A stretch of 64,000 bases of DNA from a virus (IMGVR_UViG_3300049169_000021:1-64000), one strand, 5' to 3'. Shown: positions 44,387 to 53,757, numbered from the stretch's first letter. Numbers and translations: made by a program. Notes: generated by a model not told the origin, from the sequence alone.

Positions 44387-47227
44387 TCATGCCGCCTCGT
44401 CCTCGTCGCCGAAGCCGATGCCCTCAGGGGTGAAGGCAAGGCACTTGGCGCGGGCGCCGTCGAAGCGGCGGGGCACCAGGTGTGCGGGTCGCTGGCTCTT
44501 CAGCGTCTTCAGATACGAGGCGTCGACCCAGCTGCCGACCACGGCGTCGAGCGAGTAGCCCGCCTCAGCCAGGATCTTGCGGACGCGCTCGGGTAGCAGC
44601 GCCACCTCTACGACGCCGTTCTTGTCGGTCGACAGGACGCCCAGCCATCCGGAGTAAGGCGGCTTGTCGCCCATGGCCGCGCGGGTGGCGGTAAACAGCT
44701 CGTGCGCGTGGCCCGCCACGTACTCCCGCAGGACGTCCAGCGCCATGTCGGGCCGGTTGTCGGTGGGGTTGTGGGCGGTGAACAGGCCGCGCCAGACGTC
44801 GTGGTCGAGCGGCTCGTACGGCAGCAGCCCGGTGCGGCATGCCAGCGTCTCGGCGAGCACCAGGGCGGCGACCATGGGCGCGCGCCGGTTGGTCATGTCG
44901 CCGCCGCCGCGGAACTCGTCCACCAGCGTGCGGTGGTGTTCCTTCAGCTTCTCCCTGCCATTCGGCTGGGCGAGGCCGCTGAGGATGTACCGGATGAACT
45001 CGGGCCCGGCGTGCCCATGGTGGGCGAGCACCCCATCGCGGGCCGCCGCCGCCGCTGGCCCGCCTCCGTCGCCGAACGGGGCGATCGTCGTGCCGAGGAT
45101 GCGGGCCGCGGCGCCCTGGCTGGTCGTGAAGGAGAGGGCGGGCCGCTCGCCGGATGACAGGAGGATGGTCTCCCAGGGCAGCATGTTGCCGAACGCGCCG
45201 CCGCTGCGGGCCTTCCCGTGGTTCATCGGGAGCTGGTACAGCACCTCGTCAATGAGGGTGTCGTCCGTGACGGCCATCGTCTCGTCGAACACCGTGACGA
45301 TGCCGCGGACCAGGTTCAGCCGCTTCTCGATCGCGTAGAGCGTGGTCCTCCAGTTGGACATCGCGCTCGCGTGCTCGGACGGGTCGGCCCACACGCTGAG
45401 CGCGCACTGGAGCGCGGTCGTCTTTCCCTTGGTCGACCGGCTGGAGATGTCGAGGGTGAAGCTGTTCAGGCCCAAGGGCTTGAGCAGGGGAGCGGCGAGC
45501 GCAGCCGCGACGGCGACGCGCGGCACAGGGAAGCCAGCCAGATGGGTGACGGTCTCTCGCCAGCCCTCCAGTGTCCCTTTCCTGGCGTGCGCGCGGGCCG
45601 GGCCGCGCTGCTCTTCGAAGGGGACGTCGACCTTGATGCCGTCCTCGGGTGAGGAGACGAAAGTGCCGTCGTCCTGCCAGCCGAGCCAGCGGGCCAGCTG
45701 CTCGGAAGGGATGCGGCCTACGTTGCGGGCCTCGAACTCGGCGAGCCACTTCTCTACGGCCCGGGCGTCACCTTCGACGGCGGGGAGTCCGGCGCTGCCG
45801 AGGTACTCGATCAGCTTGCGGCCGCGCTTCGCGGTCTCCCGGGAGACGATGCGGGAGATGCGGCGGGGTCGGCCGAGGCTGCGGTCGATCCACGACAGCT
45901 CCACGTACTGGTCGCCCTCGGGGTCCTCGAACGTCGCTGTCACGACCAGCGGCGCGAAGGTCACGCGGCTCCAGGTCTCGCCGCTTTGGCTGAGCACCTC
46001 GACGCCCTGGCCTGTGACTCGATAGCCGTACGGCGTACGGACCGAGCCGGGCAGGCCGAAGGTGGTGTCGTATCCGAACCCCGAGTCGTCGTCGGGATCG
46101 GCGGCTGTGGCCTCGGAAGTCTCGGCAGCGTCCTGCGCGTCCTCTAGCGGAGATTGAGCAGGGGCGCCGGCCGTACCGACCGAGGCGAGGCGACGGGTGC
46201 CGTATCCCTTCAGAGCGAGTTCGCGGGCGGCGGCCTTGTGGTCGCCGCCGTGGTTGAGCAGGGCGTAGGCGCCGAACTTGCTGTACGGAACCTCGGACTG
46301 GAACTCGCTGCCGGTAGCGAAGACGAACAGCCGGTCGTGCTCGTCCTTCCCGGTTGTGGCCTTCACCCCGCCGACGCCGTCGGCCCATCCCCAATAGGTC
46401 TCGCTGCCTCGGGTGTTCAGCGGCCGGAAGACACCACGGAGGATGTCCGCCCAGTCGGCTCGGGCCTCGAAGTCGTCGCCCGGACGAAGAGAGCCGTCGG
46501 GGCGGGGTGGCGCGGGCCGCGGTGCGGTCTTCGGAGCCTCGTTCGTAGGCATCGCATCGAACGCCTGGCAGAGGGCATAGAGCGCATCCATGTCCTCTGC
46601 GCTGAGAACAGGCATGGTGGTGGGTCCGCCAGCGAGCCGGACGTACGGGTTGCCACTGGGATGGGTGGGCCCGTGCGATGGGGCGATGACGACGAATCCG
46701 CCTTCGCCGCGCGTCTCGATCAGAACCTTCACGATCTTCGTGCCTGGCTTCTCAGCGACACGCTGCCGATCTTTCGGCGTGTACTCGTCTTCCCGCGCGA
46801 GCCGCTGCGCCAGTTTCTTGTTCGCGGCGACCGGCCTGCCGTCGACCACGACCTTGTAATGCACGCCACCGGAGGGCGACTGGTCGGCCCAGCCGGTGGT
46901 AACTGCGTGCCAGAGGTCGCCCAGCCCGCTGTCGTTGGCGAGTTCGGTGACCCCGTCCAGGACCCCCTCCCGGACCGCCAGGCCCTCGAACTCGATGAGC
47001 TCGACGTTGCCTGACACGGCACCGGTGACGACACCGATCCCGGTGCGGCGGCCGTCACCGAACCACCGGTCGTGGTCCTCGGGAGTGGAACGGTCGACCT
47101 TGTATTGGATCCAGCTGCGGACGTCCGGAGCCTTGGTGCCATCTGCTCGAACAGGCAGGACGCACAGGCCGGCGTCGTGCAGCTCGCGGGCCGCCGCCCG
47201 GAGGTCCGGGGTCTGTGGGTCGGTCAA
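44387..47227 (-). CDS. Bifunctional primase-polymerase fused to a DUF927-like helicase domain
   Basis: LPV...K.P...W...GIGVVTG...SPSGGVH...ETRGEGGFVVIAPS; STKGKTT, FDE, SSGE. Confidence 0.85.
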   Translation of the reverse strand: MTDPQTPDLRAAARELHDAGLCVLPVRADGTKAPDVRSWIQYKVDRSTPEDHDRWFGDGRRTGIGVVTGAVSGNVELIEFEGLAVREGVLDGVTELANDSGLGDLWHAVTTGWADQSPSGGVHYKVVVDGRPVAANKKLAQRLAREDEYTPKDRQRVAEKPGTKIVKVLIETRGEGGFVVIAPSHGPTHPSGNPYVRLAGGPTTMPVLSAEDMDALYALCQAFDAMPTNEAPKTAPRPAPPRPDGSLRPGDDFEARADWADILRGVFRPLNTRGSETYWGWADGVGGVKATTGKDEHDRLFVFATGSEFQSEVPYSKFGAYALLNHGGDHKAAARELALKGYGTRRLASVGTAGAPAQSPLEDAQDAAETSEATAADPDDDSGFGYDTTFGLPGSVRTPYGYRVTGQGVEVLSQSGETWSRVTFAPLVVTATFEDPEGDQYVELSWIDRSLGRPRRISRIVSRETAKRGRKLIEYLGSAGLPAVEGDARAVEKWLAEFEARNVGRIPSEQLARWLGWQDDGTFVSSPEDGIKVDVPFEEQRGPARAHARKGTLEGWRETVTHLAGFPVPRVAVAAALAAPLLKPLGLNSFTLDISSRSTKGKTTALQCALSVWADPSEHASAMSNWRTTLYAIEKRLNLVRGIVTVFDETMAVTDDTLIDEVLYQLPMNHGKARSGGAFGNMLPWETILLSSGERPALSFTTSQGAAARILGTTIAPFGDGGGPAAAAARDGVLAHHGHAGPEFIRYILSGLAQPNGREKLKEHHRTLVDEFRGGGDMTNRRAPMVAALVLAETLACRTGLLPYEPLDHDVWRGLFTAHNPTDNRPDMALDVLREYVAGHAHELFTATRAAMGDKPPYSGWLGVLSTDKNGVVEVALLPERVRKILAEAGYSLDAVVGSWVDASYLKTLKSQRPAHLVPRRFDGARAKCLAFTPEGIGFGDEDEAA

Positions 47228-47457
47228 CGCTTCTCCCCGTGGTACGCGGCCAGGTGCTGGCCCTTGATCTCGGCGACGAACGCCTGAACCGCGGCCGATC
47301 CGACTACCGGTCCTTCGCGGCGCTGGGGGCAGCCGGGGCGGTAGCACTCGTAGCGAGCGCGGACGTTGTCGGTGTCGATGACCAACAGGCCGTCGAGCTG
47401 CTGGGGGATGGGGGTGCGGGCCGGCGTGTCCCGGGCCCGCGCGGTCGAGGTGGTCAC
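47224..47457 (-). CDS. Small Zn-binding protein
   Basis: YECYRPGC...H...H. Confidence 0.65.
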   Translation of the reverse strand: MTTSTARARDTPARTPIPQQLDGLLVIDTDNVRARYECYRPGCPQRREGPVVGSAAVQAFVAEIKGQHLAAYHGEKR

Positions 47458-47936
47458 TTCGCCGCCTGGTTGGTGCGGGCGTGCCAGGTGTCGACGTCCT
47501 CGACGTGGCCGGCCTTCACGGACGCCTGGAAGTCGACGGCGCGCTGCGCGTCTTCCTGGCGTCGGGCGATCTCTTCGCGCAGCTGGAGGAGAGAGGCGGC
47601 TGGGTCCTGCTTCGGGGGGAGGATGGCGAGCCCCTCGCCGTCGGCGGTCCAGATGATGACCGCGTGGGGCAACTGCTCTTCGTCGGAGGCCCGGGATTCG
47701 TGCAGCTTGATCTGCTGCTGGGCGGCGTACTGCCGCAGGTTCTCGCGCGCGAAGAGGCGGCGAACCCAGGTGAAAACGACCTCCGGCGCCCCGGTGATTC
47801 GGATGAGGTCTCCGATGGCATCGAGGCATTCGGTGACGTCCCGGTCGGCGAGCAGCTTGGCGGCCTCGATGGCGGCCAGGGCACGGGCGGCCTCGGGCGT
47901 GGTGGTCGTCGTTGCGACCGTGGGAAGCTCAGCCAT
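47454..47936 (-). CDS. Phage hypothetical protein
   Basis: MAELPTV..., coupled. Confidence 0.7.
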   Translation of the reverse strand: MAELPTVATTTTTPEAARALAAIEAAKLLADRDVTECLDAIGDLIRITGAPEVVFTWVRRLFARENLRQYAAQQQIKLHESRASDEEQLPHAVIIWTADGEGLAILPPKQDPAASLLQLREEIARRQEDAQRAVDFQASVKAGHVEDVDTWHARTNQAAK

Positions 47937-47950
47937 GAGCGGACCCCGTT

Positions 47951-48274
47951 CTACTTGCTGGCGCGGGTGGATTCGGACTGCTCGGACGGCGCCTCCGGCT
48001 GGACCCCGGGGGCGCCGTTGCTGCTGGTGGCTGCTGCCGACTGGACCTCGGCAGCAGCGATCGGGGGGAGGCCGAGGAAGGTGAGCAGGTCGACCTTCCG
48101 CACGCGCAGGGCGCGGCCGAACTCGACGACCTCGATGGGGAATCCGCCCTCGCGGATCAGCTTGTATCCGGTCCCTTCGGAGACGTTCAGGGCGGCGAAC
48201 GCGTCCTTTACGGGCGGCATGGCCGGGAGGCCCATGACCTGCTCGGGCGTCAGCGCCTCGATCTTGGCGCTCAT
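47951..48274 (-). CDS. Excisionase-like DNA-binding protein
   Basis: AFAALNVSEGTGYKLIREGGFP...GRALRVRKVDL. Confidence 0.8.
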   Translation of the reverse strand: MSAKIEALTPEQVMGLPAMPPVKDAFAALNVSEGTGYKLIREGGFPIEVVEFGRALRVRKVDLLTFLGLPPIAAAEVQSAAATSSNGAPGVQPEAPSEQSESTRASK

Positions 48275-48570
48275 GAGGCCTCCCTCTGCGCCTGGAGCGG
48301 GACGACCGCACGGCCCGCCCGCTCCATCGGTATGAACAACACCAGGAGGTCGACGCCGAGCGCGGCGACGATTGCCTTGGCCTTGTCCTCGGGCACGCTC
48401 CGCTGAGCGCCGGACATGAGGGCGCCGATGGTCCCGTTGGCCACGCCAGCGGCGGCGGCCAGTTCGCGGCTGGTGATGGACTCACCGGTGCCGGTGCGCT
48501 CCATGAGGAGCTTGAGTCGGTCGCCGCTGACGACCGCGTACTTCGTGGGTGGACTTTCGTTCACGTTCAC
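48271..48570 (-). CDS. Cro-like XRE regulator
   Basis: TSRELAAAAGVANGTIGALMSG. Confidence 0.8.
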   Translation of the reverse strand: MNVNESPPTKYAVVSGDRLKLLMERTGTGESITSRELAAAAGVANGTIGALMSGAQRSVPEDKAKAIVAALGVDLLVLFIPMERAGRAVVPLQAQREAS

Positions 48571-48573
48571 CTC

Positions 48574-48736
48574 GCTGGACACTTTGTCCCATGAGTGGGA
48601 CGGCGATGAACGGAGCATCACACAGGCTGAACGCTTTGTCCAGCGAGTGTGACAGACTTAGGGTTGCTTAAGTAATCGGTCAAAAAATCCGCGCGCCCTG
48701 GCGGGATCGTCCAACGTGCTGAACACTTCGTTCAGT
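48574..48736. promoter_or_regulatory. Three palindromic operators GCTGRAC-N5-GTYCAG
   Basis: 48574-48591, 48626-48644, 48718-48736. Confidence 0.7.
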
Positions 48737-48833
48737 GGGTGTGATGAACGCCCTAACTGACCTGCCCGTACGTCTCAATGGACGTCACAGGACCTGAACG
48801 GCCCGATCTCCCTTTGACCACAGGAGTGGCAGG

Positions 48834-49271
48834 ATGACCCCCATGGCCCCCAATGACCCACAGCTACGTGAAGGCGTGCGCAGCCCTGAACAGCGGACCC
48901 AGTTGGCGGACCTCATCCGCAGTCGCCGCGCGGAACTGAACGTGGGCCTCAAGGCATTTGCCGAGAAAGCGATTGATCCAGCCACGGGGACGAGGGTGAC
49001 GCGCGGGTGGATCTACCGTCTGGAGACGGGAGAACCGGTCACGCCACCTGTTTATGAGGAGCTGGTCGCGCTCGCGGAGGCATGCGATTTGCCCGTGGAG
49101 ACGCTCCAGGATGCGGCCGGCAGCCAGTTCCACGGCGTAGATCCGCTCGTCAGCGGCTCATCAGAAGCCAAGGCCTACGTGCATAAACTCGATCAGCTAC
49201 CCGTAGACCAGCGTGAGCGGCTACTGCGACTGATCGACACGCTGGTGCCTCCCGATTCCGACACACGCTGA
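48834..49271 (+). CDS. Immunity repressor (XRE)
   Basis: LADLIRSRRAELNVG...WIYRLETG; divergent from cro. Confidence 0.8.
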   Translation: MTPMAPNDPQLREGVRSPEQRTQLADLIRSRRAELNVGLKAFAEKAIDPATGTRVTRGWIYRLETGEPVTPPVYEELVALAEACDLPVETLQDAAGSQFHGVDPLVSGSSEAKAYVHKLDQLPVDQRERLLRLIDTLVPPDSDTR

Positions 49272-49427
49272 ACGATGCCCTCCCCTTAGCGTTACCCTCC
49301 GTGACCTGTGCGTGCAGCCCGTAGAACTTTGAGGCTGGTGGTGCGATCATGTCGGAACGCCTTTGGAGGAAAGGGTGCTGGTCTAAGGCGAAAGTCGAAC
49401 GCATGATCGAGGGATGGGGGAGACTGC

Positions 49428-49673
49428 ATGGAGTCACCACAGTCACCACGCAGTCCACGAGTCTGGTACTTCTACTCTGACGATCTGCCCGATGACGAGA
49501 TCCTTGTGCCCATCAAGAATGAGCATGGGCTGGCATTCGCAGTGCGCCCCGGTCCGTGGATGAGTCCGGAGATGCTCGACCGACTCAACGAGGCGGCGGA
49601 GCATGTACTGGGCGTGGGGCTCGCGCATCTGGACGTCGGACGCATCGACAAGCCCCCCGACCGGAAGGAGTAG
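49428..49673 (+). CDS. Small hypothetical protein upstream of int
   Basis: 81 aa, GGGAG RBS. Confidence 0.7.
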   Translation: MESPQSPRSPRVWYFYSDDLPDDEILVPIKNEHGLAFAVRPGPWMSPEMLDRLNEAAEHVLGVGLAHLDVGRIDKPPDRKE

Positions 49674-49678
49674 CACTC

Positions 49679-51367
49679 ATGCCGTCAGCACGCCGTGCAG
49701 GAAGCATCTACCGCCGATGCGAGTGCCGCGGTGGGGACGGCAAACTGCTGGGCAACGCCTGCCCACAGCTCAAGAAGAAGTCGCACGGTTCCGTCGCACT
49801 CCGCCAGGAGCTGCCGCCGGACGCCGACGACAAGCGCCGGACCTTCCGGCGTACCGGGTACAAGTCCGTCACGGAGGCCCAGGGCGACCTCTCCCGCCTA
49901 CAGGCCATCCTCGCGCTCCCCGGTGACGACGAAGACGAACAGCGCAGGGTCGGGGATCTGCTCGCAGACATTTCGAAGCGACGCGCCGACATCCCCGAAC
50001 CATCAGAAGTACAGCGCCGCCTCGGCGTCGGCGTCCCCCTCGACGGCAAGGCCACGGTCGGCGAATGGCTCGACCGCTGGATGTCGAACAAGAAGACGCG
50101 CCCCACCACGAACAACGGCTATGCCTCCCACATTCGCGTGCACCTGAAGCCGCGCATCGGACACCTGCGCCTGGACCGGCTCGGCGTCGGGCACGTCCAG
50201 GAGATGTTCGACGCGATCGCCGACGAGAGCGACGTGATCCGGGCAGAGAACGACGCCCGACGCGAGCAGGAAGCGCGCTGCAAGTGGTCGAAGCCTGGGC
50301 GACCGCCGGCCAAGGAACGGCCGAGGCTCGCCGCCGAGCGCGCGAAACTCGCCGAGATGAAGCCATACCGGAAGACGAACACCGTGGCGACGCGGCACGC
50401 GATCCGGCGCACCCTGCGGGCCGCCCTCAACAAGGCGATCGCCGAACAATTGATCACGTTCAACGCGGCCGCCCACGTCGAACTCGGCTCCAGCGCGCGC
50501 CCCAAGGGACTGCTGTGGACCGACGAACGAGTAGCCCGCTGGCGAGAGACGGGCAAGCAGCCGTCGCCCGTCATGGTGTGGACGCCCGTCCAGCTCGGCG
50601 CATTCCTCGACGAGGCCGAGAGCAGCAGGCTGTACGCCGCCTTTCACGTCATCTCGCACCATGGCCTGCGCCGCGGCGAGGCCGTTGGCGCGGACTGGGC
50701 GAACGCGCACCTGGAGGCCGCACAGCCCCGCCTTGACGTCCTCACTGAACTCGTTGTCGACGGCTGGGAGGTCATCGAGACGGCGCCCAAGACGGACTCG
50801 TCGATGTCATCGGTGATGATCGACCGCGGGACCGTGAGGGTCCTCAAGGAGCACCGGGCCCGTCAGATGCAGGAGCGGGACGCGTGGAACGCGATGGCCG
50901 CCGCGGAACGGGCAGCGGGTAAGCAGACAGCAGACTGGACCGACACGGGCAAGATCTTCGCTGCGGAGGATGGGAGCTGGCTCCATCCTGACGTAGTCAG
51001 CAAGGAGTTCAAACGGATCGTCGAGGCCGCGGATCTGCCTCCGATCAACCTCCGGGACCTGCGCCACGGCGCGGCCGCGCTGGTGAAGGCCGGCGGCGGA
51101 GACGTGCATGACGCCAAGGTGAAGCTGCGTCACTCAACCATCACCCTGACCGCAGACACGTACCTCGAACTGTTCACGGAGTACGAGCAGGAGCTGACGG
51201 AGAAGGCGGCCGCCGCAGTGCCGCGTGCTCGCCGCGGGCGTGGAACGGCCCCCGCCCCGGACGCTGTACCGGGGCAGGGGCCGAGCGCAGCGTTGCAGCC
51301 AGCAGACGCTGAAATGGACGCTTCCACGGTACGGGCCAGCACTGACAACGACCCCTCTGCGACGTAG
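49679..51367 (+). CDS. int: Tyrosine integrase (phage B)
   Basis: HGLRRGE, APK, LRDLRH, LRH, DTY motifs. Confidence 0.95.
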   Translation: MPSARRAGSIYRRCECRGGDGKLLGNACPQLKKKSHGSVALRQELPPDADDKRRTFRRTGYKSVTEAQGDLSRLQAILALPGDDEDEQRRVGDLLADISKRRADIPEPSEVQRRLGVGVPLDGKATVGEWLDRWMSNKKTRPTTNNGYASHIRVHLKPRIGHLRLDRLGVGHVQEMFDAIADESDVIRAENDARREQEARCKWSKPGRPPAKERPRLAAERAKLAEMKPYRKTNTVATRHAIRRTLRAALNKAIAEQLITFNAAAHVELGSSARPKGLLWTDERVARWRETGKQPSPVMVWTPVQLGAFLDEAESSRLYAAFHVISHHGLRRGEAVGADWANAHLEAAQPRLDVLTELVVDGWEVIETAPKTDSSMSSVMIDRGTVRVLKEHRARQMQERDAWNAMAAAERAAGKQTADWTDTGKIFAAEDGSWLHPDVVSKEFKRIVEAADLPPINLRDLRHGAAALVKAGGGDVHDAKVKLRHSTITLTADTYLELFTEYEQELTEKAAAAVPRARRGRGTAPAPDAVPGQGPSAALQPADAEMDASTVRASTDNDPSAT

Positions 51368-51586
51368 ACTTGAGGGACAGGCAAAGGGCCTCCGACCTGC
51401 GGGTTGGGGGCCCTTACTGCTGGCCCGGTGCTGGCCCGAACGCCACGTAAGAGCGCGATACGCGGTGGGGTGAGATGGGGTGAAGGCTCGGACCGGAGGG
51501 GAGTCAAACGGCCCCTGAGCTGCACTCCGTGGGGTGCAATGGGGTGAGGCAAAGTCGACGGGTCGTAGTGTCATGGGCACTCATCA

Positions 51587-51631
51587 GACTTTTAATCCAT
51601 TGGTTGTGGGTTCGAGTCCCACACGGCCTAC
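51587..51631 (+). tRNA. 3' half of tRNA-Lys(TTT) (att core, not a full tRNA)
   Basis: CTTTTAA anticodon loop, GTGGG-TTCGAGT-CCCAC T arm, 3' acceptor strand; no D arm or 5' acceptor strand. Confidence 0.85.
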
Positions 51632-51635
51632 ATCG

Positions 51636-51670
51636 GAACCCCAGCTCAGAGCAGAACTGAGCTGGGGTTC
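51636..51670 (+). terminator. Terminator hairpin after tRNA fragment
   Basis: GAACCCCAGCTCAG...CTGAGCTGGGGTTC, 14-bp stem. Confidence 0.8.
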
Positions 51671-52086
51671 TGTCCGTTTTGGTCAGGATCCATGATCGCT
51701 AGCTGGCCCGTAGCTGGCCCGAGGGGCGGATGATCATGCTGAACGCGCGACGGCCCTCAGCTGGGTCGGGATCCCGGTTGAGGGCCGTCCAACTCCCCCC
51801 GGGGTAAAGGGGCGCGGGCGGCCGCCCCACAGGGGGACGACCGCCCTACCCCGCCTCCGGTGTCCTCTCCGGAGTCGCTCGCGAAGAGGCCTGCGAACGG
51901 CTCCAGCACCTTCGGCGGGCTCGGCAGGCCGCTCAGTGGGCTCCCCGTATGAGGGAGCGGGTCACGGCCTCGTCATGTCACTGGCGGCTGGGCGGCGGAT
52001 TCCGCGCGACTCCAGCGGGCGTCAAGATCACACAAATTAGGGTCTACCCTAATCCCTTTTGATCATGTTGTCGGGAGCGTGGACGT

Positions 52087-52323
52087 GTGTCACGTCCCAC
52101 CCCGCCCGACGAACGGGTCCTCGCCCGCCGCCGTCAGGTGGGAGAACAGATCCGCCGTGTCCGCGAGGGGCTGAACCTCACGCAGCCGGACGTTTGCGGC
52201 CGGTCCGGGATTGATATCGCCACGTACAGCCGTATCGAGCAAGGGCACTCGTCCCCGCTGTTGGACACGCTGATCCGCATCGCCGATGCGATGGACGTCG
52301 AGCTCGCTGAACTCGTGCGCTGA
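52087..52323 (+). CDS. Small XRE-family regulator
   Basis: VGEQIRRVRE...TQ...TYSRIEQG; paralog of 13034. Confidence 0.9.
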   Translation: MSRPTPPDERVLARRRQVGEQIRRVREGLNLTQPDVCGRSGIDIATYSRIEQGHSSPLLDTLIRIADAMDVELAELVR

Positions 52324-52363
52324 GCGGCCCCGGTCGGCGACGGGGGGCGCCGACCGGGGCCGC
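52324..52363. terminator. Terminator hairpin between convergent genes
   Basis: GCGGCCCCGGTCGGCG...CGCCGACCGGGGCCGC. Confidence 0.75.
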
Positions 52364-52409
52364 GGGGATGGTCACCGGTGCGATCGGCGCACCGCGCCGG
52401 TGACGGGCT

Positions 52410-52577
52410 CTACTTCCATTCGGTGTGGGCGTAGCGGTCCTTGTGGTTGCCCGAGTGGCCGGGCTCCCACGTGCAGCGGCCCCGCTGGTGCGGGTTGCGC
52501 ACCCAGCAGTACCCGGCTGCCCGACCGGCCCGGAGGTCGTCGCTCCGCTGAGTGCGGTCCTGCTGTTTGTCGGTCAC
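52410..52577 (-). CDS. Small Cys/His protein (55 aa)
   Basis: Copy of 13492-13713 ending HTEWK*. Confidence 0.65.
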   Translation of the reverse strand: MTDKQQDRTQRSDDLRAGRAAGYCWVRNPHQRGRCTWEPGHSGNHKDRYAHTEWK

Positions 52578-52715
52578 CGGCTCTGCTCCTTTGGGGTTCG
52601 GGTGGGTTGTCGGCGTCAGGTCCGATGGGCGTGACGCGTGCGTTGAAGAGCCCGCCGCCGGCCACAGGGGCGCAACCGGCGGCGGCCCCGGGCCGCCCTC
52701 GGGGGGTGGCGGCCG

Positions 52716-53054
52716 TCATCCCGCCACGGGCCCTGTCCGGCTCGTGGCGGAAGCTGCCTGCGACAGGGTGTGCAGGGCCTTGGCTTCCGGGCAGTACTCG
52801 TGCGACCGGCAGCGGGGGCATGTGCGTGTGTGGAGCCGGTGCACGCGGTCGGCCTCGCGGCGGGTGCAGGGGTGGCAGGCGCGTGGTTCCCAGCGGCGCA
52901 GGGTGCCCTCGTGGGTGCTGAGCCGCGGGCCGAGGGCGACAGGTGCCGGGTCGCTGCACCAGACGCAGGCGGCGCCGCTCGTCTGGGCCGCTGTGAGGGC
53001 GGCGTGGCGGGGTACGGCGAGCATCGCGTGCGGGTCGGCGAAGTCGGGGGTCAT
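52716..53054 (-). CDS. Zn-finger-like protein (copy of 13852-14190)
   Basis: Identical translation. Confidence 0.75.
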   Translation of the reverse strand: MTPDFADPHAMLAVPRHAALTAAQTSGAACVWCSDPAPVALGPRLSTHEGTLRRWEPRACHPCTRREADRVHRLHTRTCPRCRSHEYCPEAKALHTLSQAASATSRTGPVAG

Positions 53055-53266
53055 TGGGCCGGCCGCTCGTCGTGCGGGACCAGGCGGTACTTCTCGCGGC
53101 ACGGCGGGCAGGCTGCCGTCGCTACGCCCCCTGGTCGCGGGTCGAGTACGTAGATCACCCGGCTGTCCTCGGCGGGCCCGCCGTGGTAGCTGCAGTAGCC
53201 GTAGGCGGTGGTTGTGGTCTGTGTGCTGCTCGTGTGCTGTGTGGTCGGCTTCTCTGGCCTGGTCAT
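53051..53266 (-). CDS. Small Zn-finger-like protein
   Basis: C-terminus identical to 14187-14372, different N-terminus. Confidence 0.75.
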   Translation of the reverse strand: MTRPEKPTTQHTSSTQTTTTAYGYCSYHGGPAEDSRVIYVLDPRPGGVATAACPPCREKYRLVPHDERPAQ

Positions 53267-53658
53267 CGCCCCTCCCTGAGGTTTTCGTGGTGGTCGCAGA
53301 GGGCGTTGAGGACGCGGGCGAGTTTCCGGGCATAGGTGACCGGGCCGTGCGGGCTCGGCTTGGGCCCGGCCTGGAGTTTGCCTCGGGCCTCGCCGACGCA
53401 GGCCAGCGCGCAGTAGCGGGGGATGCTCTCCCTGCGGAGCCTCTTGGCCGCGCGCTCAACTTCGGGGGCGATCAGCTCCAGGTGCCCGCGCAGAGTGGCG
53501 GTCAGCGTGTCCAGTTCCTCGCCTGCGGGCGCCAGTGGGTAGCCCGGTGCGTCGTCCGGGCCGAGGGTCAGTTGTGCGGTGGCGCGCATCGTGGCGATGT
53601 CCGGTGGCATGGCTCGCTCCGGTGCCGTGGCCTCGGGCTCGGCTGTTCGGTGCGCCAT
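53263..53658 (-). CDS. DUF6415-like protein
   Basis: ELDTLTATLRGHLELIAPEV...ALACVGEARGKL...LARVLNALCDH. Confidence 0.75.
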   Translation of the reverse strand: MAHRTAEPEATAPERAMPPDIATMRATAQLTLGPDDAPGYPLAPAGEELDTLTATLRGHLELIAPEVERAAKRLRRESIPRYCALACVGEARGKLQAGPKPSPHGPVTYARKLARVLNALCDHHENLREGR

Positions 53659-53726
53659 CGCTTCCGCCTCCGCTGTCACGGTGATCCGTCTCACACACGG
53701 AACCGTACGAACGCAGCGCAAGCGGA

Positions 53727-53757
53727 ACGCTCACAAAACTGTGAGCGCTGTGAGCGT
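53727..53757. promoter_or_regulatory. Operator-like palindrome and direct repeat
   Basis: CGCTCACA-AAAC-TGTGAGCG followed by CTGTGAGCG. Confidence 0.55.

Larger units (their letters stand above)
51419..51721. other. Intact attP-like site: arm repeats GCTGGCCCG x2 on each side of a tRNA-Lys core
   Basis: Arms 51419, 51430, 51702, 51713; TGGGGTG repeats 51466-51548; core 51587-51631. Confidence 0.8.
13545..52408. mobile_element. Complete siphovirus gene set (phage B unit, 38,864 bp between direct repeats)
   Basis: Lysis, tail, head, terminase, replication, immunity, integrase and attP each present once. Confidence 0.8.
52409..53211. repeat. Direct repeat copy 2 (~800 bp)
   Basis: Matches 13545-14347. 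Confidence 0.95.

Noticed and set aside
44064-44390. N-terminal extension of the helicase ORF
   Set aside because: Overlies the iteron region; the credible start is MSFTPRPYQ at 44063 with GAGG RBS
51560-51635. Complete tRNA-Lys gene
   Set aside because: No 5' acceptor strand or D arm, and the anticodon stem pairs only partly; it is an att core
52324-52363. 6C RNA (C6 loop on minus strand)
   Set aside because: Only one hairpin, located between convergent genes; a terminator is the simpler explanation
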